Of a stretch of 45,222 nucleotides of DNA, positions 25,011-35,454 are shown piece after piece. Source of the stretch: Macrostomum lignano (lineage: Eukaryota); the NCBI GenBank assembly GCA_002269645.1, contig NIVC01000766.1, forward strand, positions 1 to 45,222, written 5' to 3'. Numbering within the stretch: position 1 is the stretch's first letter; every line of letters starts with the position of its first letter. A model generated the notes under the pieces. That model had not been told where the DNA came from. It saw only the letters and a program-made list of their open reading frames with translations, and ran no database searches. Position numbers and translations under genes: made by a program.

Positions 25011-25671
25011 TCATGGAACCTAATAACAAAAATATCTTTACAGTTCTGCTTACCGTTGTATAATAATAATCATATTAATCATATTTCGCATAATTTTCAG
25101 CTCTCCACCCCGTTCATTTTTTGGGCGACGAGGAAGCAAGCCTGGGCCGGTTTTAAGGGAGAAAGCTCCCCCCCCCACTCAGTCCCTGCTTTCCGTCTCC
25201 CTCCCTTCACTGTTCACTCTACCCCTCAGAACCCTGCTCACGGGTTTTGAGTCAGGAGAGGAGAGCCGCTGCTGCTCTGCCCCACCCTTAAACTGTACCA
25301 ATTAATGCAAACCAAATGCCTCACATTATGTATAACCTTGAGCTAGTGAGCATTTCCAGCTCACACTCCCATAATATTCCCAAAATCTTCTCTTCCCCCC
25401 TATCGCCTTTTTTATGAATTCCCAAACTTCATTCAACTCTCTGAATAGCAAAGCAGAAAAATTCTTCCCCTATACACTTTCTCTCCTCACGTCACCAACC
25501 ACCATTCTTTAGGCAGTTCCTCTCACTCTCTCTCTCTGTGAGTCGCTGACTCAGTCAGGTATTTTGAGCAGTACGGGGCTGAGTAGCCGTTGACAAATTT
25601 ATACCTAGAATATAGAGTTTGCAATTAATTTAGAAACTACATCATATATAAATGATTAACGCTTGATTATA

Positions 25672-26240
25672 GGACAACCCGACAGTTCATTTAACAACCC
25701 AAAAGTTCATTAGACAACCCGACAGTTCATTAGAAAACCCAACAGTTCATTAGACAACCCGACAGTTCATTAGACAACCCGACAGTTCATTAGACAACCC
25801 AACAGTTCATTTAACAACCCGACAGTTCATTTAACAACCCAACAGTTCATTTGACAACCCAACAGTTCATTTGACAACCCGACAGTTCATTTGACAACCC
25901 AACAGTTCATTAGACAACCCGACAGTTCATTTGACAACCCGACAGTTCATTTGACAACCCGACAGTTCATTAGACAACCCGACAGTTCATTTGACAACCC
26001 GACAGTTCATTTGACAACCCGACAGTTCATTTGACAACCCGACAGTTCATTTGACAACCCGACAGTTCATTTAACAACCCGACAGTTCATTTGACAACCC
26101 GACAGTTCATTTGACAACCCGACAGTTCATTTGACAACCCGACAGTTCATTTAACAACCCGACAGTTCATTTGACAACCCGACAGTTCATTTAACAACCC
26201 GACAGTTCATTTGACAACCCGACAGTTCATTTGACAATCT
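25672..26240. repeat. 20-bp minisatellite (GACAACCCGACAGTTCATTT)
   Basis: About 28 near-perfect copies. Confidence 0.97.
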
Positions 26241-27589
26241 GTGTCTGAATTCTGTTAATGCAAAGTTGCCAAACTGACTGACAGACTGACTGACAAGTTT
26301 ACAAAGATCAGAAAGTTTCGCTTACGATTGATTACAAGAAGTCATACTCGAATTACTGCGAGTCACCGTAATATCACCGTAAACTTAATTGATCGGGCTA
26401 ATTTTAGGAGTGTATATACAAATACAGTATAAACTCGCTGCTCTATAGTGTAAGCTTTCTAACGTAAATGAGCAGAGAGCTATCGAGTGTATTAAAGTGA
26501 GAGAAAACTGTCACTCTATGCATTCTAGACAGAAACGCATTAGTGATGGCCTCGTCGCCAAAAGAAAGCCACCAGGCAGACAGGCAAAGTCAAACAACAT
26601 TCTGCTTTTAAGCGCATTATGCAGACTATATGTGGTGTATTACAACCTGGAACAGGCCATACAGGTGTGTGCGCCTCTGCCCCTTCCACATGACCTGGTC
26701 CTGTTCTTGTCACCTACCTCACCCTGGCTGTTTGCCAACTGCTTCTAAAAGCAGAAAGATTTCTATTAAAGAATCTTTAAAAATGGGATGCTGCTGTCGG
26801 CCTACAGAAACTTGGAAGGAATGGAAGGGAAATTCTTCACCGACTTTGTGCCCGCCAACTATAAGTTTGTCATGGTTTCTCTGCATGTGCGTGTGTCCCT
26901 TACTAATTCTTTTGCTTTTTCTCCTGCCAGATGCAAGCGCTTGAAGCAGAAGACAGTCTCCTGCAGCGGTCAAGCGGCAGCCAAGCAGCTCCTTCTACCG
27001 TGCAGTCTCCCAGATTTTGTCAATCACGGAGCGCGGGACGCAGAAAAAGTATATAGGAGGGGGGTCTCCTGCAGTCCAGACTCTCTTCCTCATCATCCCT
27101 CATGCCTGCCTGCCTGTTTTGGCAGAGGATGGAAAATTGGTAAATCTAATTCATTCGTCACAACACGCAGGCCTTCCTATAGCACTAGCACTCTCTCGCT
27201 TTACACTGTTTTCTGGCACAGATTTGGACTATGGCTTCGGGTTCCGTTGGGTTACTGCTGTTGCTGCCTCCGCCTCCCACTTGAATCCAACATCGATCCC
27301 ATAACAAAGTCCTCAACTGCTTCCTCCTATTAATATTTAGCCGCTTGGCTGGACCAAAAAAAACGGAAAAGGAGAGAAGGGGCACGGAAAAAAACTGCTA
27401 CAGTACAGTTCCGGCTTTTTGATTTATCACAGCCCAGTATAGCGCTATGAATGCATTGGGTTCCTTGATGGGAAGGGAATCCCGTTAGCCATATGTACGC
27501 TTTTATCAGTAATCAATGCACAATCAGATCTGTTTTGACATTCCAAACATTGAATTCAAAGTTTTCGTTGCTCGACTAGTGGCCACTGC

Positions 27590-29955
27590 TGCACTCTCTC
27601 AGTTCCTCACTTGCTGGGCCACCAGCCTCCCAGATCCTCAGTTTCTGGGTCCAGCCTCCAAGATCCTCAGTTGCTGAGCCACTAGTCTCCCAGATCCTCA
27701 GTTGCTGGGCCAGGCTCCCAGATCCTCAGTTGCTGAGCCACCAGCCCCCCAGATCCTCAGTTGCTGGGCCAGCTCCCCAGAGCCTCAGTTGCTGAGCCAC
27801 TAGTCTCCCAGATCCTCAGTTGCTGGGCCAGGCTCCCAGATCCTCAGTTGCTGAGCCACCAGCCCCCCAGATCCTCAGTTGCTGGGCCAGCTCCCCAGAT
27901 CCTCAGTTGCTGAGCCACCAGTCTCCCAGATCCTCAGTTATTGGGCTACCCTCCCAGATCCTCAGTTGCTGGGCCAGCCTCCCAGATCCTCACTTGCTGG
28001 GTCAGCTTCCCAGATCCTCAGTTGCTGGGTCCACCCTCCCAGATCCTCGGTTTCTGGGTCCACCCTCCATGATCCTCAGTTGCTGAGCCACCAGCCTCCC
28101 AGATCCTCAGTTGCTGGGCCAGCCCCACAGATCCTCAGTTGCTGAGCCACCAGTCTCCCAGATCCTCAGTTATAGGGCTACCCTCCCAGATCCTCACTTG
28201 CTGGGTCAGCTTCCCAGATCCTCAGTTGCTAGGGGCTCCCTCCCAGATCCTCAGTTGCTGGGCCAGCCTTCCAGATCCTCAGTTGCTGGGCCAGCCTCCC
28301 AGATCCTCAGTTGCTGGGCCAGCCTTCCAGATCCTCAGTTGCTGGGCCAGCCTCCCAGATCCTCAGTTGCTGGGCCAGCCTCCCAGATCCTCAGTTGCTG
28401 GGCCAGCCTCCCAGATCCTCAGTTGCTGGGCCAGCCTCCCAGATCCTCATTTGCTGGGCCAGCCTCCCAGATCCTCAGTTGCTGGGCCAGCCCCACAGAT
28501 CCTCAGTTGCTGAGCCACCAGCCTCCCAGATCCTCAGTTGCTGGGCCAGCCCCACAGATCCTCAGTTGCTGAGCCACCAGTCTCCCAGATCCTCAGTTAT
28601 AGGGCTACCCTCCCAGATCCTCACTTGCTGGGTCAGCTTCCCAGATCCTCAGTTGCTAGGGGCTCCCTCCCAGATCCTCAGTTGCTGGGCCAGCCTCCCA
28701 GATCCTCAGTTGCTGGGCCAGCCTCCCAGATCCTCATTTGCTGGGCCAGCCTCCCAGATCCTCAGTTGCTGGGCCAGCCCCACAGATCCTCAGTTGCTGA
28801 GCCACCAGTCTCCCAGATCCTCAGTTATAGGGCTACCCTCCCAGATCCTCCGTTGCTAGGGGCTACCCTCCCAGATCCTCAGTTGCTGGGCCAGCCTCCC
28901 AGATCCTCACTTGCTGGGTCAGCTTCCCAGATCCTCAGTTGCTGGGTCCACCCTCCCAGATCCTCGGTTTCTGGGTCCACCCTCCATGATCCTCAGTTGC
29001 TGAGCCACCAGCCTCCCAGATCCTCAGTTGCTGGGCCAGCCCCACAGATCCTCAGTTGCTGAGCCACCAGTCTCCCAGATCCTCAGTTATAGGGCTACCC
29101 TCCCAGATCCTCAGTTGCTGGGTCAGCTTCCCAGATCCTCAGTTGCTGGGCTACCCTCCCAGATCCTCATTTGCTGGGCCAGCCTCCCAGATCCTCAGTT
29201 GCTGGGCCAGCCCCACAGATCCTCAGTTGCTGAGCCACCAGCCTCCCAGATCCTCAGTTGCTGGGCCAGCCCCACAGATCCTCAGTTGCTGAGCCACCAG
29301 TCTCCCAGATCCTCAGTTATAGGGCTACCCTCCCAGATCCTCACTTGCTGGGTCAGCTTCCCAGATCCTCAGTTGCTAGGGGCTCCCTCCCAGATCCTCA
29401 GTTGCTGGGCCAGCCTCCCAGATCCTCAGTTGCTGGGCCAGCCTCCCAGATCCTTATTTGCTGGGCCAGCCTCCCAGATCCTCAGTTGCTGGGCCAGCCC
29501 CACAGATCCTCAGTTGCTGAGCCACCAGTCTCCCAGATCCTCAGTTATAGGGCTACCCTCCCAGATCCTCAGTTGCTAGGGGCTCCCTCCCAGATCCTCA
29601 GTTGCTGGGCCAGCCTCCCAGATCCTCAGTTGCTGGGCCAGCCTCCCAGATCCTCAGTTGCTGGGCCAGCCTCCCAGATCCTCAGTTGCTGGGCCAGCCT
29701 CCCAGATCCTCATTTGCTGGGCCAGCCTCCCAGATCCTCAGTTGCTGGGCCAGCCTCCCAGATCCTCAGTTGCTGGGCCAGCCTCCCAGATCCTCAGTTG
29801 CTGGGCCAGCCTCCCAGATCCTCAGTTGCTGGGCCAGCCTCCCAGATCCTCAGTTGCTGGGCCAGCCTCCCAGATCCTCAGTTGCTGGGCCAGCCTCCCA
29901 GATCCTCAGTTGCTGGGCCAGCCTCCCAGATCCTCAGTTGCTAGGGGCTCCCTCC
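27590..29955 (+). repeat. 28-bp minisatellite (CCTCCCAGATCCTCAGTTGCTGGGCCAG), about 2.4 kb, with 31-bp variants and higher-order blocks
   Basis: Direct reading. Confidence 0.97.
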
Positions 29956-29997
29956 TATATTCTCAGTTCACTGTTTTTCAGATTTGATTAAACTTGA

Positions 29998-30148
29998 AAG
30001 CGGTTAGAGTGTCAGACTTGCGACTTGAAGGTCGGGGGTTCGATTCCTGGTCACACTGGAGTCTGTCAGTCTGGAGAAATTTGTGTCCTTGAGAAAGACA
30101 CTTAAGACTCAACTCTGCATTGCTTCAGTTCACCCAGCTATAAAATGT
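29998..30148 (+). mobile_element. tRNA-derived SINE fragment with CORE-like central domain
   Basis: tRNA-like head (GCGGTTAGAG.., B box GGTTCGATTCC at 30037-30047). It is followed by TGTGTCCTTGAGAAAGACACTTAA..TGCTTCAGTTCACCCAGCTATAAAATG, which resembles the MIR/CORE domain. Confidence 0.75.
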
Positions 30149-30219
30149 CGCTTGCACATCTGCCCATTATCAATTATTACATTATTATTAGTGAAAATGC
30201 AAATGCAGTTTTTACTCAC

Positions 30220-30325
30220 TGTCTTGGATCACGAGAGTGGCCGATCGGCCGAGTAATAATAACAATCCGAGCGCGCATATTTGAATCGAAAGTGTCCAGG
30301 AAGTGCAGCTCCAATGCTGAGGCAT
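30220..30325 (-). CDS. Dscam: Dscam-like exon 1, signal peptide (MPQHWSCTSWTLSIQICALGLLLLLGRSATLVIQD)
   Basis: ATG at 30325, hydrophobic core ALGLLLLLG, and a perfect donor GAC A|GTGAGT in phase 1 that matches the phase-1 acceptor of exon 2. Too short to appear in the ORF track. Confidence 0.75.
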
Positions 30326-30329
30326 TGTT

Positions 30330-31600
30330 CAATTCAGCTGACGGAATTATCTTCTTTCTTTGACAATAAAAAACTAATTAAGAATATAAAATAAATTAAT
30401 TGGCTATAAATTCAATATTGAACTTGGCCGCTTCGTCCGGCATAGCTGGCTTAATTCTTAATCTCTGTTACAACCAGTGCTTCGTAAGTCTGTGCAGATT
30501 AACGAAATGCCGATAGCTTGACGTCAAAAGTACAAATTAGTAGAAGCCCGAAGCCGCGCGCAATGAAACTCGCTTTGGACGCGGCAGATATGCACAAGGC
30601 TGGCTGAATTTTGCCTATATATGTGCGCGCGTGCGAGCTGTTCTTGCGGTTAAGGCGCTTCTGTTAGGCCGGGCTTCGGGTTGGGGTGGGAGCCTGAGCC
30701 GGAGAGGTTGGGGCTGGCTTTTGGGGAGACGAGAGCCAAGAAGACAGAGAGGGCAGGGCATTAGTCGGTGGGAGAGACAGCTGCCGTTGGACCTTCCTTT
30801 TTCTTCTTATCGGAGAACGGAGGCTGGAGAGGCGAGAGGGCGAACTTGCTGGCTAGCTTGAGGAGGAGAGGTTGGCAGGGAATCGCCAAGGCAAAAACCA
30901 AAGGATGCAAATACAGAAAAGGGAGAGAAATATACGGTCAGAGAGCCGTTGTAAGAGCTTAACGCCGCTTTTAACTAATGCGCCTAGTCCGCACTAGATG
31001 TCGCTTGCAGCAGGGAGGGGTTGCGTCGTTCCGGAGGAGAGAAATAGGCCAAAATAAGGCAAGGGAAACTGCGCCGAGTACTGAGCGACTGACGGGTTAG
31101 GAAGAGAACTGGCGAGTGTAAGAGATGTTGCAGCACAAGCGCTTTGCCTCAATACTGGGCTTTCCAGGCTTGTATTTCAGTTCGCCCGCAAGTTTAGGTC
31201 ATAAGGGCTTGAGGGGCCGTGCGCGCACATGCGGGTGCTTCCTCAATTTCCTCTCCTCTTTGCAGTTCATTCCTATCCCCGCGGGGGGTCGGCCGGATTG
31301 GACGGGTAAACCCCCCCTGCCACCCCCACTGGCGGAGGAGGGGTGGCTGCCTATGTACATTGAGTCCTGGACATTCTCCGCTTTTCCATTCATTACCTAA
31401 ACCCCACCCTTTCCCCCTGGACTGAACTGGCCGTATGTTTGGCTAAACCCCCAATGGCCTTAGCCTTAGTCAGTGTTTATTGCCCATATACAGTAATTCT
31501 GGCTTGGCTGGGGAGGGGGACCGGCTGAGGAAAACCCAGCTTTTGGGGAGAATCGAAGGGGAACTGAAGGGGAGCTGAAGAGGTCACTTGCGACGCGTCA
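30330..31600 (-). promoter_or_regulatory. Candidate 5' UTR/promoter region of the Dscam-like gene
   Basis: Non-repetitive CpG/GA-rich DNA directly upstream of the ATG, with a CRE palindrome TGACGTCA at 30519-30526 and a TATA-like TATATA at 30616-30621. No transcript evidence. Confidence 0.3.
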
Positions 31601-31864
31601 CATTTAACGACACAACGCACAAGTCACAATACAACGGAACAGAATAAAGGAATTCCTGCTGCATTTACTAGCTTATAATTGCTCGTAAACTGCATCTTCT
31701 AAGCATATTGCTGCCCCATAATAATTCGCCCGTAAATCATGTTCTTTTTCGACTTAGTGAGAATGAGAAAATAATGCAACTCAATATCACTTTTAAACAG
31801 TTCTTTAGCTATCTGCATGCATGCTATGTATGCCTATTTACATTACATATCATTGCAACTATGT

Positions 31865-32146
31865 CAGGGGTGGGCCAACTCCGGCTCACGGGCCACATGC
31901 GGCCCCGCAAAGCCTCTCTATCCGGCCCTCGGGTCATTTGAAACTTCGCAATAGCAATAGGTTGGTGTCTATTCTCCTCTCTCTACTCAATTTTCTCTTT
32001 CCTCTCACTTCTCTTGTCTCCTCTCCCATTTATTCCCAGGCCATTCCTTTCTCCTATCTATCTTCTCTCTTCTCTATTTCCTCTCCTCTCCCCGCTCTGC
32101 CCCGCAGTCATTCGCTCGGTTCTTTACAAGAGTTTGCCGACCTCTG
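31865..32146. mobile_element. Complete hAT (Charlie-like) MITE with short internal CT tract
   Basis: TIRs CAGGGGTGGGCCAACT and (reverse complement) CAGAGGTCGGCAAACT match 13/16. The 8-bp TSD AACTATGT / CACTATGT matches 7/8. Subterminal GGGCCACATGCGGCCC is typical of these ends. Confidence 0.85.
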
Positions 32147-32789
32147 CACTATGTGACTTCACTCAGACTGTTAAAATGGGGGAAGTCTACGAATACGACT
32201 CGAGCTCGCAGCTTAACCAAAACTTTCCGAAATCTCATCGAACTTTCTATCTCCCCACAAGCTGATTCATTTAAGATCCGCGGGGAGGGGCCGTCTTGCT
32301 GTGCTGTGCCTGTGCTGTCCAACCCGTTGCCACTCGGGTGATGAAGTGGGGGACTAAAGGGGGAGCGGGTCGACTTCTTCAACCCTCGAAATGGGGATAA
32401 GACTATAAAGTAAGGGTAGGCATAGGAGGAGCTTATATATAGGCCAGGAGTGGTTTTGTAAGTCAGCTGAGCTCAACAACGGCAACTGAGCTGCGAAAGA
32501 TATAAATCAGTTTGATGAAGGAAAACACTTTAGTGCTAGTGTGGGACTTTGCAGCCATCGCACTGATTTTTTTTTGGGGGGGGGGTGTATCGACCCTACT
32601 ATCCGATCCCGCGTCACTTTTTATCCCATTCCCAAAAATGGGCTTGGCCTATAAGAAGCCCCATCCCCATAGATCTATGCAGCTAGAGACAGCACGTCGA
32701 ACTTATTTTTATACTCGGCTCTGCCTGATCCGATTACCAGGGGCAAGAGAGCATCAATACCCCCATCACAATCGGTTGACAAAAGTACA

Positions 32790-32955
32790 CGGCACCTCTG
32801 GTTCTGGCGCCTCTAAGGCTGGCGCCTCTGGTGCTAGCGTCTCCTGGTTATGGCGCCTCTGGTGCTGGTTGCCTTTGGTTATGGCGCCTCTGGTGCTGGT
32901 TGCCTTTGCTTATTGCGCCTCTGTTGCTGGCGCCTCTCTAGCTGGCGCTTCTGAA
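32790..32955. repeat. Degenerate GGCGCCTCTGGTGCT repeat
   Basis: About 7 GGCGCC-centred units. Confidence 0.7.
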
Positions 32956-33224
32956 TAATTTGTCATCAGCTCTCTCCGTCCATCCGTCGGGCTGCCGGTC
33001 AGCCACCGCCCCTTCCCTCAAATCCTTCATCAGCTATTCTCGCTTTGTAAGCAATAATACATAACGTGTGCAAAATGAGAAAAAATTGGGGAACGGGTTT
33101 GATAATAAACCGCTGATTGATGATTAATAACCATTATCTGCAGCTAAATACACGTAAACTAGCGCAGCAATAAATTAAAGTCTCGAAGTACTTATAATAT
33201 ATGTTCGAAAATCTTGGGATCAAG

Positions 33225-33405
33225 AGGCACTGGGTGGCACCCCCACTGAGGGATCAAGACTAAGAGGCACTGGGTGGCACCCCCACTGACGGATCTGAGG
33301 ACAGGGGGTAGCAGCCCCATTTAGGGATCTGAGGACAGGGGGTAGCACCCCCACTTAGGGATCTGAGGGCAGGGGGTAGCATCCCCACTGAGGGATCTGA
33401 GGGCA
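33225..33405 (-). repeat. 34-bp minisatellite, inverted relative to 34130-34830
   Basis: GAGGGATCTGAGGGCAGGGGGTAGCA.CCCCACT is the reverse complement of the right-hand unit. Confidence 0.88.
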
Positions 33406-34129
33406 GTAGTCCTCTCAGTGATCAAAGACACAAGGGGGAAGGCACAGATTGTAAATCACTTTCTTCTAATCTAATTCTAAACTCACTTAAGGAAAGAGTG
33501 AATGAGATCAAAATGAAGCATTTTATTGAAATTAGATCGTTTGATAAAATACACATTGAACTCTACTGCAAGTATCACAGCAAAGTAAATAGCAATAGAT
33601 TTGTGTTGTTTTTGTCCAAACTCAGTTTAGCGTCAGAAAATAATGGCAAGTTAAAACCGGAACCGTATTTCAGACTCGTTGGTTGAAAAACTTCTCCAAC
33701 GATTTAGCACTCCAGAGAAACGCACACAGCCAGTTGTATTTCCAAACAAAGAACTAAAGTTAATAATTTGTAATGCCTTAAAATGTTTATTTAACTAACA
33801 GGACGGATTTATGGTAGCAAAGTTATAAAACCCTGAAAGAAATAAAAAACTGTAAACAAACAATAGTATTGAAACAACTCAGTAATAACACTAAATTTCC
33901 TGCTACAGGTTGGAATAAACAAAAGAGAAAGTCATTACAAGCAATTAGTTTAAAATAAAAGCAACACTAAGATAAAGTATTAAATAAAAAACACAATTAA
34001 TTCATCTACACCAGTTGAATTTGCAGAGAACAGTTTAGCGCGTGAAGACAAAAAAGCAATTTCTTGGAAATTATGGGACCTCTTCTGCTTCTCATATATG
34101 TAACTGCTCTATCATAACAGATCCCATGA

Positions 34130-34830
34130 GAAGTGGGGCTGCTACCCCCTGTCCCCAGATCCCTCAGTAGGGCTGCTACCCCCTGCCCTCAGATCCCTCA
34201 GTGGGGTTGCTACCCCCTGCCCTCAGATCCCTCAGTGCGGCTGCTACCCCCTGCCCTCAGATCCCTCAGTGCGGCTGCTACCCCCTGCCCTCAGATCCCT
34301 CAGTGCGGCTGCTACCCCCTGCCCTCAGATCCCTCAGTGGGGTTGCTACCCCCTGCCCTTAGATCCCTCAGTGCGGCTGCTACCCCCTGCCCTCAAATCC
34401 CTCAGTGCGGCTGCTACCCCCTGCCCTCAGATCCCTCAGTGCGGCTGCTACCCCCTGTCCCCAGATCCCTCAGTGGGGGTGCTACCCCCTGCCCTCAGAT
34501 CTCTCAGTGGGGGTGCTACCCTCTGCCCTCAGATCCCTCAGTGGGGGTGCTACCCCCTGCCTTCAGATCCCTCAGTGGGGGTGCTACCCACTGCCCTCAG
34601 ATCCCTCAGTGGGGGTGCTACCCCCTGCCTTCAGATCCCTCAGTGGGGGTGCTACCCACTGCCCTCAGATCCCTGAGTGGGGGTGCTACCCCCTGCCCTC
34701 AGATCCCTCAGTAGGGCTGCTACTCCCTGCCCTCAGATCCCTGAGTGGGGGTGCTACCCCCTGCCATCAGATCCCTGAGTGGGGGGGTGCTACCCCCTGC
34801 CCTCAGATCGCTGACAGGGGCTGCTATACC
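34130..34830 (+). repeat. 34-bp minisatellite (CCCCTGCCCTCAGATCCCTCAGTG..GCTAC), about 20 copies
   Basis: Direct reading. Confidence 0.95.
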
Positions 34831-35026
34831 TCCAACTTTCAGCTTCTCCACAAAGGCAACTACGAGAAAAAACACTAAATTAAAAAAGTGCAAGTGAAAA
34901 GCAACAAGGCAAACGATCTCTGTATTGTAAGCACAAAAAATGGCGTATAAAAATTACAAAAAAACAAGCACAGACAGGACAGAAGGCACGCAAATCGTCA
35001 ATCCAGCTTATTTGCAGTAGGAATCA

Positions 35027-35428
35027 TCAATCAGTTGAGGACTCAGTTGACGAATTTGAAGGTCTCGAATCGGCGTTGAACTTGCGACAGTTCTCACCGT
35101 CAGCTGCCGGATCAGCAGCAGCAGCAGGTCGCAGGCAGCAGCAGCCGTGGCCGCACAGGCATTCAGTTTGAAGCTCGCAGTCGCGCACCAGCTGGCAAGC
35201 TTCAGCATCGGTGTCGCACCGACCGCCGGCCAGATGCTTGGCCGTGTCCAGCAGTGACCGGGCATCCAGGCGCTTCATTTCTGGGTCCTTCGACAGAGCC
35301 AGCCAGGGCCTGTCGGACAAAGCGTTGCGGCATTCGGCGGCCAGCTCCGGGCAGCGGAGGCAGCAGGCGGCTACGTGGAGAAGGCGAACGCCGTGGGCTC
35401 GACGGAGCGCTGGGTCGCGCAGGACCGA
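35027..35428 (-). CDS. MATH-BTB protein, last exon (post-BTB helices and Cys/His-rich tail)
   Basis: TTTTTCAG|TCG phase-0 acceptor, in frame with ORF 35027-35320 through its TGA; tail CQLVRDCELQTECLCGHGCCC. Confidence 0.75.
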   Translation of the reverse strand, partial: SVLRDPALRRAHGVRLLHVAACCLRCPELAAECRNALSDRPWLALSKDPEMKRLDARSLLDTAKHLAGGRCDTDAEACQLVRDCELQTECLCGHGCCCLRPAAAADPAADGENCRKFNADSRPSNSSTESSTD

Positions 35429-35454
35429 CTGAAAAAGAGGGATGAGGGATTATC

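Noticed and set aside
27820-29991. Stacked plus-strand ORFs in all three frames
   Set aside because: Periodic translation of the 28-bp unit; the same applies to 18151-18996, 34133-34878 and 35375-37570.
29998-30060. tRNA gene (apparent TGC anticodon loop, B box)
   Set aside because: No pairing acceptor stem, a weak anticodon stem and continuation into a CORE-like body indicate a SINE head.
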